A stretch of DNA of 64,000 nt, taken from NCBI GenBank assembly GCA_001600815.1, contig BCKZ01000001.1, positions 292,613-356,612 on the forward strand, read 5' to 3'. The translations under genes and the position numbers were made by a program. The first letter of the stretch is position 1. Every line of letters begins with the position of its first letter. Shown in pieces: positions 1 to 13,165 of this stretch. The notes below the pieces were generated by a model. That model had not been told where the DNA came from, made no database searches, and saw only the letters and a program-made list of their open reading frames with translations. The stretch is from Alloascoidea hylecoeti (Eukaryota).

Positions 1-2
1 CC

Positions 3-323
3 TTGAATTCTCGTGGTCCATCACTCAGATTCGGTAAGGCACATTTATACAATAACTACTACAATGGCATGAGTGACTGTATCAACGTTAGAAAGAGTGC
101 ACAAGCCTTAGTTGAAAATAATGTTTTCGTCGATGCTGACAAACCATTATACTCTGTTGATGGTACTGGTAAAGCAGTTGCCTCAGGAAACGACTTTGGC
201 AGTGGTTCAAATGCTATTACTTCCACTGGCTCTATGACTGTCTCTTATAGTTATACAAAGATTGCTGCTAGCAAGGTCAGCTCTACTGTTTCTAGTAGTG
301 CTGGTGCAAAACTTTCCTTCTAA
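3..323 (+). CDS. Pectate lyase (PL1 family), C-terminal part; the 5' end lies outside the window
   Basis: SRGPSLRFG-AHLYNNYY and AQALVENNVF match the RxPxxRxG/HxxNNY motifs of PL1 lyases; stop TAA ends at 323. Confidence 0.85.
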   Translation: MNSRGPSLRFGKAHLYNNYYNGMSDCINVRKSAQALVENNVFVDADKPLYSVDGTGKAVASGNDFGSGSNAITSTGSMTVSYSYTKIAASKVSSTVSSSAGAKLSF

Positions 324-499
324 TCTCTTGTTTAATGCTAAGATTCGATATGATTAACGTCAATTTAAAACAATCTATAGATATCTATAGAATTTATTTA
401 TGAAACTTTAAAATTTTAAATTAAATATTCTCGATATAGCTGCAGTTCTATATAAAATCAAATATAAGTTAGGTTTGCTTGAATAACATGTAATAAATT

Positions 500-930
500 T
501 GTAGTTTCCAATTTGTAAGAAAGTATTAAAAATGGTATTAGGCTCTTCATTTTACCGACTGGCACAGACCAAGAAGCCCAGGTATTCTTGCTTTGGACCA
601 CTAAAGAGGAGGCTGAAAAGTATCTACAACAAGCTAGTAACAACTGCTACCAACCATCGGGCGGTTCCAAAAAGGATGATATTATCAAAGTTTGGAGAGG
701 TTTGGATAGGTAATGAAGAGTTAGAAGTATCCAAAAAAATCGAGTGAAACCCCATTTAATATGTGGATTTACTTGAAAAATATACCAGTAAACTATCGAT
801 TTTGTAAAAGAAATTTACGAAACATGGTTATATGCATATATATATGCATCTGTATGTGATATCTGACGATGATTTCCGCATTTGGACAAACATCTTCAGG
901 AAACCTTATTAGCTCAAATTTCCACAGAAA
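500..930 (+). mobile_element. pogo/Fot1 (DDE_1) transposase relic
   Basis: Frameshifted reading NGIRLFILPTGTDQEAQV / SCFGPLKRRLKSIYNKLV resembles the LP-H-SH--QPLDVSCFGPLK motif, and is similar to the relic near 34 kb. Confidence 0.6.
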
Positions 931-1241
931 AAAGTAGATTTCAGGCTTCTAATAGGGGAAAAACACTAATCAAACACAATCATCTGGAGATAACCAATTG
1001 TATTGAAAAGTAGCTAGACCACAACATAAATGATGAAGCATAACATATTATACATTCATTATTATCTACTTAATATATATCATATAACATAAATGATACC
1101 TCTATTATTAAGATAATGAATACACATGAGGCTCTACCTGTATAAGGTTATAAAGCTTAAATTTATAATCAATATATATACAGAATATAGATGAACATAT
1201 ACACTGTTTACCATAAGAAAACGACATTTTTATTATCATTA

Positions 1242-1860
1242 ATGTCTGAATCAAATACAAGGGATAATTCTACTGGAGACATTATTTTTGCTCGAATGGC
1301 TCAAACAACACAAAAACTATTGGAAATCATTAAACTAGCAAGACAGGCACAGGAAGCAGAGAATGAAGCTGTAAAGGGCTCTTTAAATAAATTTAATCAA
1401 CATAGAACAGACACATCTGATGAAGCATCACAACTCAAAAGTTTTCCACGTCTGTCTTTGAAACACAATAATTTTAAGGCATGGAATTCTTCCCTCATTG
1501 ATTTTGTATCTTTGATAAACGGTGTTATTGATGAGAAACAGACAGATTTTGTTTATGGCACATCTGGTTCATTCAGGGACTTCATGTCAAAGGATGACTT
1601 GGCTATACATGAAAAGGTGATGAATATACTTCTGGAGTCAATCTCACCAGATTTGATGGTGTTTATTGACACTAAAGGTGGTATACTGTCATTGTACAAA
1701 CAGTTGAAGAGTGCAGTAAGGGAAAAAGTGGCTGTTACTTCTTCATTCAAGGAACTAAATGATTCAAAATTGCGATACAGAAGGAGGAGTATCCGTACTT
1801 AAGTTTATGGCTATTTTTTAAGTGGCAGTTTATCAGGATTGAAGGCTTTAACCAAAAAGA
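1242..1860 (+). mobile_element. Ty1/copia-type Gag relic (frameshifted near 1790, no pol)
   Basis: FPRL-NNFKAWNSSL...ILLESISPDL...LYKQLK, then after a frameshift GVSVLKFMAIF, follows the copia Gag/UBN2 pattern. Confidence 0.55.
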
Positions 1861-2701
1861 CAAATAAATATAGGACATGGCTGTTCGAGATTGTATTATA
1901 TCTAACAACAATAATAATTAATGGGTTTCAAAAGATTGAAAAATGTACTATAAACTTTACAGCTGGGTACAGTCTAAAGTAACGCTTTTGTTGCGGATCA
2001 TCACTCTAAATAAATAATACAACCAGATATTCCAATTGAGTACTCCAAACCGTGAATTCTAGAGATCTTATCAAGATAAGCGCTTGTAATTAATTAGGCA
2101 TTTAAAAAACGTGAACCAAATAAAGACAATATAAATATCAATTCAATAAATAATAAAATATATACAAACTTTTTTGTTATTATGGTCATGTTTTTTTTTT
2201 ATATTGTATTTTTTATATTATGTATTTGTACAAGAAGAAAAGAAGTGTATCCTAAACATTTAAACCATTAGATATAGACATAAAAAAACAAAAAGTTCAA
2301 AACGTTATACTGTGTCTGTGTTTTTAGTAATCAAAAAAAGAGAAAAAAATAGAAAATAATAGAAAAAAAATGTTGATCAATAAATTAAGAAATAAAATAA
2401 TAACAAAAATAAATCCTAGCTTTTTGATATCAATAATAACAAACAACGACCATTTTTAACAAATATGTAAATAGAAAAAGATAAAAAACGTAGTAGTTAT
2501 TATTCTTTCGAATCATAATAAGCGTTTATAATAATAAGTAATAATTTCCAGCGAAAATTACTTATTTTTGGTATTGACCGTGGCTATACGTATATAAAGC
2601 ATCACCCATAATTCTTATTTAATTTTATAATCAATAATATTCTTCATACTTACCATTCCTTCATCACTCCATTAATTTTAACCTTATTTATTTCATGTTA
2701 T

Positions 2702-5700
2702 TCATTCACATTGAATAACTTCATAAATTAAACAAGTTTCTTTAGATTTTTTAAATTCCATTGCATATTCATAAATATTTTTACCTAATCTTTCAAATTC
2801 TTCCCAATTAATTTTTTTAATTAAAATTTTTTTACCTTTTTTTTCAACCATTGTTGTATTTATAATTTCGTCATAAATTATTTCATTATTGAAATCATTT
2901 TCAATAATTAATCTTTTTAAAAATGGTAAATTCATTGCAAATATTGATAATTGTGCAAAACAATCACATTCAATCATTTTCGCTTTTAAAACTTTTTCAT
3001 TTAAATTTCCATTTCCACTTCCATTTCCATTTTCAGTGTTATTATTTTGAGAATTATCATAATTAATATCAAAATCACTATTATAATCATCACCATTATA
3101 AATATTTATTTCATCATCTTCATCTTCAAATTTATAAAGTGTTAATTTTTGTTTTGAAACAACAATTAATTCTTCATTTAATTTTAATTGTTGTTGAAGA
3201 GTAACAGGTCTTGAAATAATTGATGGAGAAGTATCATCTAATTTTGATTTTCTAAAACTATTTGTATTTGAATTTGAACTTGTATTAGGAGAAGAAACAA
3301 TAGATCTTGCCATAAACCTTGATTGTTGTTGTTGTTGTTGTAATTGTCTTGAATCAAAACTATTTGTATTTGTATTTGTATTTGATGATTGTATTGATGG
3401 TACATAAATACTACCAGCTTTTATAGAACCATTTAAAACAGTTGTTAAATTATTATCAATTATATTTAAATTGAAATCATTATTTATATTTGTTGTTAAT
3501 TTTTGAATATGACTAAAATATTTCAATAAATTATCTGCTTGTCTTGATGATGAACATCTAATCATTGTCATTTCAAAATTTTTATCATTTGTAGCGGTTG
3601 TTGTTGTTAATAAATTTGAATTTATTTTTAAAAACTTTAATTGTATATCAACTGCATTACTTTTCCTAAAAGTAACATTATTAATATTAAATGATAATAG
3701 TGGTTCAAATTCATCATCATTATCATTCTCTTTTTCATTCTTATTTGAATTTTTATTTTTATTTTTAATAATTGTTTTATTATTTTCAGCATCATAAACA
3801 TTAACAATTCCATATAATCCATTAATAAAACAAACATCAATTTTTAAATCTTCATCACTTAATTTATCCCATTTATTATTAAGATTATTCCAAATTGAAA
3901 CAGATGCTTTTTGTGTATATAAAACATTATCAACTTGACCAATAAATGAATTTGTTTCTTCAATTTCATCTTCATCTGATTGTTGTTCTTGACATAATGA
4001 TGAATGGTTTTTATTTTTATTTTCATCATTATTATTATTAATGAATGAATCATTAAAATCATTATTTTTAATAATATCTTCATTTATTGTTCTAGGTATA
4101 TCAATAGCACTTTCAAATAAATCAAATTCAAATTGTGACTTCGACTTCGACTTTAATTCATTAACATTTTTATGAATTGATATTTTACTACCTATCTGAT
4201 TTGATTCATAATATACATTCTTATTATTTTCATTATCATCTTCATTAATAACATTATAATCAACATGTTTTGAATAATTTGGAAATGAAAGTGCAGATTT
4301 ATAAATATAATTATTATTATTATCATAGTCTTCATCATCTGTATCATTTAAAAAACTATGATCTGAATTTTCATTTTCAATTTCATCATCTGTATCAGAT
4401 TCAAAATTTGCAATTAATGATAATGATTGAGTTCCTTTATCTGTTGTCATTATTTTATTTTTTTGTAAATCAATTGATGGGTTTCTATCAGTATTAATTG
4501 ATACATGTTGTAATTGAGAAGGTCTTCTACTTTGAAAATTTGAATTTGTTGTTGTTGTTGCTGCTGCTTCTTTTGCAATTCTTGATTTAATTGATCCCAT
4601 TGAATTAAAATCACTTGAAAATGATCTTAATCTTGATGCAGGAACAGATAAAGAAGGAGGTATCATTGAACTTCCTTCCTGCTTTGGAGTTAAAGGTAAA
4701 GCTTTTTCTCTATTAATCTTAACATTAATATTATTATTAACATTATTATTAACATTAACATTACTATTAACATGACTATTATTTCTAATTTCATAATCAT
4801 CATCTTTTAATATAAAAGTATCACTTGAAAAAGGAGATTTAAATCGAATTGTTGAATTGGTTGAATTAATACCATTTGGTGTAACAGTTTCCATTGATGT
4901 TATAGTTGTATTACTCATTATAATACTTCTATTATTAATACCACTACCATTACGTGATGAATCATTATTATTTTTGTTAATTATTGAATTTAATAATTCT
5001 TGTTGTTTTGTTGTTGGTGTTATAATATGTGTTGTATTTGGCCTTGTATACATTAATATTGAATTTTTTGAATTTAAATTATTATTATATGATGATATTT
5101 GTTGTTGTTTTGAAAGTTGAGGTTGTAATTGTAATTGTGGTTGATTTGACCATTGTAATAAATCAACACTTTTTGAATGTAATGGTTTCGAATAAATTTG
5201 ACCTTTTGAATTTAAATTAAATCTTTTTGAAATTGAAATATCTGAATCAATTGGATTTGAATATCCAATTTCCAATTCATTTTTACTATTGTTTTTATTT
5301 TTAATTTGAGTTTGAGTTTGAATTGTTGATTTATTATTAATTTCTAAAATTGTTTCATCTTTTTGTTCAAAATCAAACCCATCAAAATCAGAATCTGATT
5401 CAATATCATTTAATCCAATTCCAAAATCAGTTTCTGAATCAGAATCATAAATTAAATCAGAATTATTTTTTGATGATGATGAAGATGATGATTCTGATGA
5501 TGAAAATTGTGATTGAATTTGTGGTTTAACTTCATTATTTTTTGATTGTTTACTTGAAATTAGATTTAAATTTAAATCAAATAATGGACTTTTTTTAGTA
5601 CTTGTATAAATCTCTTGATTTGAAATATGATTATATGAATTTTGAATTGATAATGATCTTGTTCTTTCAATTTTATAATTATCTTTGAAATTATTAATTA

Positions 5701-7627
5701 TTGGAATTGCAGGAGTCGTTTGATATTTATCTCGATTTTTATCATTATTAATTTTATCATTAATTTTATCTTTATTTTTATTTTTATCAATTATTGGTTT
5801 TGAAAAATATCCTTTAAATCTTAAAAATGGAGATTTTGATGATGATTTTAAAGATTTTTCATTTATATTTGTTGATGATGAATTTAAATTTGGTGGATTA
5901 AATATAAATTTTGATTTTGGTTGTGATATTAATGAATCATTTTTTTCATTCAAATTTGATAAATTTGATGAATCTCTTTTATTTTCTTTTTCATTCTTAC
6001 TTGTTTTATTATCTTTATCATTTTTATTTGTTTTTGAAATTGATGATCTTAATTTTGAAGTAGAAAATAAAGATTTTCTTTTATTTGATGAAGAATTTGA
6101 ATTTGAAGAACTTGAAGATTTTTTATTTATAATTGGAATTGATAAATTTTTGGAATTTCCATTGCTATATGATTGATTTTCTTCAAATGATGTATTATCA
6201 GTACTATTATCCATTGAATTATTTGAATTTGAATTACTACAACTACTTTCAGCTTCACCCAATGAACTATCATCAATTATATCTAATTTTTTAAAAGTTG
6301 TTGATTTTCTTAATGATGATGTTGATGTTGATGAAGGTAAATCTGAATTCCTATTTAAATTTTCATTTGTATTGTCAATTTCTTGTTCATTTGTGGGTTT
6401 TGGAAAAGATATACCTAATCCATCATAATGTATTAAATCATTATATTTTGATAATTTATTTGATGGAAATAAACGAATTAATATACTTTTCCAATTATCA
6501 AATTGTTCTTTTATTGGACATGATAAAATTAATATTTGATCATCATTATAATGATTTTTAAAAGTAATTGTATAATAAGAATTTTTAAAATTATAATTTA
6601 TATTTTTTGTTAATTCATTTAATTCATCAATTTCGTTTTCATTTGAATTTAAATGTTTTTCATAAATTTTTGATAGATGTAATTCATGTTTTTTAATAGG
6701 TGGAAATAGTAAAGTTCTACCTAATTTTAAATCATTATCATTATTAACTTTACAAATTGTTAATGAATTATCATTTAAATAAAATATTTCAACTAATATT
6801 TTATTATATTTTAAAATTTTTGAATTATTTAAAATCATTGTAAAATGAAAATAATCTCTTTTAATTGTATTAATTAATTCAAAATTTGAACAAACATTTT
6901 TGAAAGTTATTAAATCTTCAACTTGATTAAAATAAATTTTATTTAAATCAATATATCGACGTTCTGAATCTGATTTATTTCTTGCTTTTGTTACTAAATC
7001 ATTAAAATTTGTTGTTATTTTTAAAAGCTGTTGATTTGAATTTTCAATTTCTTGTAACTTCTAAATAATTCATAAAATTAAATATTAATAAATATTCATA
7101 AAAATATAAAATAATATATAGTAAATGAATATGAACAACTTACATTTAAAAGCTTTGAAATGTATATTATTCTAACAAGAGGTCTCTTTGCAAGATGTAT
7201 AAATTGTTCAGGGTCATCTATATCATAAGAATATGCATCGATATAATTATTATAAAGGGGTAAGGCTTTTTGGCACTAAAAAAAATAGAAGAGCGAGAAC
7301 CATTCAAACGTTAATATTTCTTCAGATTTTAGTAGAAGTTAAAATATTTTAATGACATACCCATTCTATGAAATTGGTAGAATTCTTCCAGTTTGTCAAT
7401 TTGGATAAAAGATCATGTAGAGAGATGATTGGATCGATTCGGTTCAGCAAGGATGCATTTGAAGTGTTTGATATTAAAAAAGATTTGAGGTTTGATAAAT
7501 GAGTGATATAAACGGAATCTGAAGAACGAAGATCAGACATGAGGAGATCCAGAGACACGGGTCCGAATCGGGAGCTCCTCAGGGAATTTGTAGAGGAGCG
7601 GAAGATGTGCGGATGTGGTGAAGACAT
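2702..7627 (-). CDS. Large (about 1585 aa) Asn/Ser-rich protein with an N-terminal DH-like/PH-like region and probable C-terminal PH-like domains
   Basis: Exons 7627-7361, 7275-7144, 7060-2702. Donors are GTATGT and GTAAGT with TAG acceptors, all phase 0 and in frame with the 1378-aa ORF. LAKRPLVRIIYISKLL resembles the DH conserved region 3. The domain call is inference. Confidence 0.75.
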
Positions 7628-7841
7628 GTTTTGGAGGTTTTGGGAGAAAAGAAGAGAATGGGAGATTTTATAATTATTAGCATCGGCTGGCAGTTCTGTT
7701 TTGTTTCCAAGACAATGCAGAAATTATAATAAACCGCGTTTTTTAGCTTTTTGAACTCTAATTGCGCGGTCACGTGTGCGGAGGTCACCTGACCGGGGTA
7801 TCAATTTCAAACCATCAGCTCAGTTATCGATATCTACAAAC

Positions 7842-10221
7842 ATGTCTGACGATGATTTTTTGATGTCCGATGAGGAAGGAGGCGTATGTTGTTTCTATGT
7901 GACTATGTGGGGTCCATCTAACCAGCTCGAACAGTACAGCGACTTCATTTATGATGATGAAGATGATGAGGAAATGGTGGAAGATGAAGTGAATTTGGTA
8001 TGTTTGATACTTCATTATGTCCTAATTGAAATACTAATGATGTCATATAGGATAATAGATACTATAATGCAAAAGGTATGACACTTTCATTCATATGGTT
8101 GGTACAATTCATTAACTGTGTGTATCTAGCACTAAAGGAAGATGATCCTGAAGGGGCTTTTGAAGGTTTCTTATCTATTATTGAAACTGAGGATGGAAAA
8201 GGAGAGTGGTATGTTTGCTCCTCAGTTCAACACATTTGAATTTGAATTTTGTAACTAACTTTTAAAGGGGTTTTAAATGTTTGAAACAAATTATAAAGCT
8301 ATCTTTTAATCAAAAACAAAATGATCGTGTCCTTAAATATTTTGAAAAATTATTAACTTATTTACCAAATGTTTCATATAATTATGGTGAAGATTCATTA
8401 AATCGAATTTTAGAATATATTGGTAATAGCAAAGATACAAAACTTTTAACAAAAGTTTTTGATTTAGCTGTAACAGCCCTCGAATCATCAAAAAATGAAA
8501 GACTATTATTAAAGTCAAAATTAAGAAGAGCATCATTATTAGTTGAAAATAATGATTTTGAAAAAGCCGAAATTTCATTAATTGAATTACATAAAATTTG
8601 TGAAGATGATATATTAAATCCTTCAAAAGGTACTTATTTATTAGAAGTTTTTGCAACTGAAATTGATTTATACACAAGAACAAATAATTTTAAAAAATTG
8701 AAAAATTTATATGATAAATCATTAACTGTTGATTCTGCAATTCCACATCCAAAAATAATGGCAATTATTAGAGAATGTGGTGGGAAAATTTATATGAGAG
8801 AAAAAAATTATAATAAAGCTTTTGAAGAATTTTTTGAAAGTTTTAAAAATTATGATGAAGCTGGTTCATTAGAAAGAATTAATATTTTAAAATATATAGT
8901 TTTATCATCAATTTTATCAGAAACTGAGATTAATCCATTTGAAAGTCAAGAAATTAGACCATATAAAAAAAATCCAAAAATTATACCAATGACAAGCTTA
9001 GTTGATTCATTTCAAAGAAAAAATATTGATGATTTTAATAATGTTTTAAAAAAATATCATGATGAAATATTTGCTGATGATTTTATAAAAAGTTTTATTG
9101 ATGAAATTACAATAGTTATTAGATCTCAAGCTTTTATTAAAATTTTAAAACCTTATAAAAGAGTTTCTTTAACATTTTTAGCTGATTCTCTTGGTGATGA
9201 TGTTACAATTGATGATGTTCAACATTTATTAATTATGTTAACTGTTGAAGGAAGATTAAGTAATTGGAGAATTGATTTAATTGATGGTTATCTTGAATAT
9301 AATGATGAATATTCTGTTGGAATTTTATCTTCAAAATCAGATTTTAATAATCAAGAAAATAGTGTTGAAACTTTAAAAAGAATTGAAGCATCTTGGTCTA
9401 GAAAATTCCAAACTTCAACTTCAAATGATACTTTAAATGATTTTGCTCCAACTAGTCCTGAAGTTTCGGAATTCACTGTTAATTCTAATGCTTCTCCATC
9501 ATCTCAACATCAAATTCAAAGACCTCCTTTATATCCATTAAATGAACAATCTGAATCAGAAGCTACTTCATCAACAGTTAGTCCAAATGCATTACCAGCA
9601 GATAATGAAAATAGCGTTGATGAAGATGGTGATGAAATAATGGATATACATTCCCATACCCAGTATGATTCAGCTTCAAATTCACCAAGACCATCACTTA
9701 AAACTCCATTATCATCAACTTCAACAAATAAGATAAACAAATCAATCTTTGATAAAGTATCATCATCATCAACAACAACACAACAACAAGACAAAAAACT
9801 TAAAATTGGTGGTGATACTTCAGTTTTTATATCAACTTATAAATCCCTAATTTCTTCAATTTCAGTTCAAAAAATTGATAAATTAAGTCAAAAAGAACAA
9901 GTTGAAATTGAACAAAAATTAAAACAAAATAGTATTGTTTTAGTTAATTCTCAAAGTTCAAGTCAATTACAACAACAACAAAAACAATTAGAACAACAAC
10001 AAAGACAAGAACAAAAATCTACCACTAATAATAATAATACAGATAATGATTCTGATATTCATAATGATGAAATAATTGATCCTTTAAATCGTACTGAATT
10101 ATTAATTAATTGGACAAATAAAATTAATAAATTAACAGATCAAGTTTGTGAATTGGGAACTGATCCATTATTGAAACGTATAAGTCAAATGAAGCTGAAG
10201 AATTCACCAGTAAGAGTATGA
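7842..10221 (+). CDS. CSN2: COP9 signalosome subunit 2 (PCI domain), about 720 aa
   Basis: Exons 7842-7883, 7935-7997, 8051-8075, 8130-8208, 8268-10221 give MSDDDFLM...NRYYNAKALKEDDP...KGEWGFK; also IPHPKIMAIIRECGGK and FFESFKNYDEAGS. Confidence 0.93.
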
Positions 10222-10844
10222 ATCTTAGCATATATTATTCAGGATAGGTATATAAGAATTATGAAGTGAATTTCGATGTGTTAATTAATAGTGCTGTAGC
10301 TATTTTGTATTATAACCCAAGTTTACTATTATTGCTAGATGACATAATCAACGAAACAGAGATCTAAGAGACAATTTTAATTACATAACTCAATGAGTGT
10401 GAACTTCTGTTTTCGGCTTTAACTTGGAATTTTATGTAAGTATGGAAATCTTTTGTAGAGTGATTATGATTGCATATTTTCTTGCTGTTCTTCTTTATAT
10501 GTATTGTGTTCAAATTCTACGAGTCTCAATGTTAGTGTATACCGTGTATACTATCTACTACTGCCTTCTATTAGGAACTGAATCACCTATTATAAACGCC
10601 AAACCTCTCTCAATGTTACTTTATTATTTTACATAATTGACTCTTTGGAATGTACCACAATTGTATATCCTTGGCGCCGAGATATCACTCTCCTACTTTA
10701 ATATTCTTTTTATAGTTTATACATTGGATCATAAAAGAGATCTTAATTACAAAAATAAGAATAGGAGTATATTCAAAACTAGTGTATAGAACAATTGCAA
10801 TTACTTACACGTGATCTGGATTCTCAGGGAGGAGAAAAAATAAA

Positions 10845-10928
10845 TGACACGGACAGGAATTGAACCTGCAACCCTTCGATTACAACCGTTAACTGGAGTC
10901 GAAAGCTCTACCATTGAGCCACCGCATC
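10845..10928 (-). tRNA. tRNA-Trp(CCA) with a 12-nt intron (10881-10892)
   Basis: Minus strand reads GATGCGGTGGCTCAATGGTAGAGCTTTCGACTCCAG^TTAACGGTTGTA^ATCGAAGGGTTGCAGGTTCAATTCCTGTCCGTGTCA. It has A and B boxes, a TTCGA/TCGAA anticodon stem and a downstream T-run terminator. Confidence 0.96.
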
Positions 10929-11413
10929 ATTTCACAAAAATGCATACTAATACTATGTCTATTTTCTTGTCCGTGAATAGGATTTCTCGCTTGTCCCTCC
11001 TGATTTTTATTCTAAAAAACAAATTCCTGCTTTTTCTCCCTGACTATTGCAATCAAAAAACCTTTTCCAGTATAATTTACTTTTTCTAGTGTTTTTTTTT
11101 TCATTTGTATATTTCTTTTTCCTATGAGAAGTCGTCCATTTTGAATCCTGAAGATACAGGTGTGCTGGAAATTAAATATAAAGAAACACAAGAGAAGACA
11201 ATGATACCTATACGACAAAAAGTGAGAAGGTGGAACCAATTGAGATCCGAAGTGAGAAAGATATATAGAGATGTAGGAACCCCAAAATGAAGAAATAACC
11301 AGTTTGGATAACTCAAATCTCAAAATTAATTACATTAGCAAACGCATTAAAGCAAAAGACACTAGAGTTCCACTTAAATTGAAAGCTGAGAAGGGTATAT
11401 AGAGGGTGCACTA

Positions 11414-11840
11414 TTATGAGCCGCACTGAAAACAATTAGACCAGAGTAACAATAGATATACATGTATTAATGATAAAATTTAAAGAAATGTATGTAATAA
11501 TTAACCATCAATCAAGGCTAAGTATTTAAGAATCGTTTCAATCGGCCATAGGCAGCTAATTACAACCATATGTGGTTCTAGAAGATTCCCTGGTCAAGTT
11601 CTTATACAATTATAATGGGTTTCATTAAAATAAACTTAATAGAAGTCCCAACCTATTACAATTAATATTAATTATAAGAAGCTCAACATTTGGAGAACAA
11701 TTTAGTAGCGCATTACCCCAAAATACTAAATATAAGCCCCTACGTCTTGAAGACGCTGAAGACGCAATTCAGCACTTAAATCAAGAATTTTCTGTTCTCG
11801 AGAGTACCAGTGAGGGTAGTTTCGCTATCTTATCAGTCAT
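11414..11840 (+). mobile_element. Possible heavily decayed copia/Ty5-like relic upstream of the tRNA gene
   Basis: TTATGAGCC (11414-11422) resembles the half-tRNA-iMet PBS GGTTATGAGCCC. Broken Gag-like reading follows (EDSLVKFL; EDAEDAIQHLNQEF). Weak. Confidence 0.3.
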
Positions 11841-12240
11841 TTTGAACGTAGTGATTAAATTCTATAATTCTTAGTATAGAATACTATAGACCAGGGCACG
11901 ACCTCCATGTAGCCTTGAGCCGGCGATTATCTGATTGTCGAACTAGTTGATTAAGAGAAACTAACTAATATATATATATATATATCTTAAACTAAAATTT
12001 TATTAATCATATAAATAGGTAGGTTACCTTACTATGGGGTACAATATGCTTTGAAATTAACAATAATGATTAAATTAGTTCGTGTATAATCAATATTAAT
12101 CTGAAGTTGAAGGTTTATGAGTTTTAGTATAAATATTAGAATTTGAAAATGTTATGATTGAATAATATTATTCCAACTTTATACTTATATGTTATGAATA
12201 TTTTTTGAGTATGTTACCAACTTCTATAAATCGAGAAACT

Positions 12241-13066
12241 TTAATGTTTATCTTTCTCGGACTGATCATTTTCCAATTTACCGCTCTCCAATTGAGCATT
12301 CTCCGATTGACCAATTTTAGCATGAGCATCAGCCCGATGTTTTTCTCTGGCTTCAAATACAGTTTCCCATACTGGTCCACCTGTAAGCGCTTTTATCCAT
12401 TTGATCTCTAAACTATATGGTCCATGCTGTCTATCTAATATTCCAACTCCTATGGTTTTTATATAACGTCTCTCTAATACTGCTTGTTCTTCAACATTAC
12501 CCAAACTTGTAAGTACAAATGTATCTATTGGAATAAGAACAGTCTCCCATTCACCTGGAGTTGATAAAAATAATCTATGTTGATAAATATCGTAAGGTGT
12601 TCCAGATTGAGCTTGAATATTTACCATATATTTCCTTCTATCTCCTTTTACCCGTAACGCAATTTGAGTGTAGAATTGCAAATCTTCAAATATAAGTGAG
12701 CCTATAATAGGAAGCTTCTGTTGAACAGTTCTAAACATTGCATAACCAGATCTAGTAATATCAGGTCTTTTAGGTGGTAAATCAAGACTAAGCGTACCAT
12801 GAAAATGACCTATCCCCTTTTCTTCATTTATATCCAAATTAACAGTACTAAACCCTCCTAGTTCTTTATCGCATCTTGTCAACATTCTAGATACTTCATT
12901 TGGTCTACTAAAATCCAAAAGAGTCTTTTTCAGAGGAACTTTAGATTGTTCAAATCCTATATTCATATAAAACAGTTAGAATCAATGAAAAAGTGGAACT
13001 ATCACAAGAAAATAGCATACCCGCAGAAGCTAGAAGCTTGATATTTTTCAACACGTTCTTAAACAT
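12241..13066 (-). CDS. CIA30: Complex I assembly factor CIA30/NDUFAF1
   Basis: Exon 13066-13021, intron 13020-12957 (GTATGC..TCTAAC..TAG), exon 12956-12241. Motifs DKELGGFST, RSGYAMFRT, LRVKGDRRKY, YQHRLF. Confidence 0.9.
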
Positions 13067-13098
13067 AATCAAACAATACCATTAATTTGTTATGGTGG

Positions 13099-13165
13099 TT
13101 TAGGGTTGATCCGGGTAAATCTCCACTCCAGATGATCTTAAACTTTCTTTAGGGTACAGCCCTAT
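13099..13165. promoter_or_regulatory. Divergent CIA30/RPS4 promoter with Tbf1-like (TTAGGG; TTAGGGtacagCCCTA) and Reb1-like (CCGGGTAA) sites
   Basis: Motifs read directly at about 13099, 13110 and 13149-13164. Factor assignment is by consensus similarity. Confidence 0.5.

Noticed and set aside
10893..10896. Possible non-standard decoding by the tRNA-Trp
   Set aside because: Normal CCA anticodon and 5-bp anticodon stem, and no in-frame TGA in the conserved genes.
10844..11089. 81-aa ORF beginning MTRTGIEPAT
   Set aside because: It is the antisense reading of the tRNA-Trp gene.
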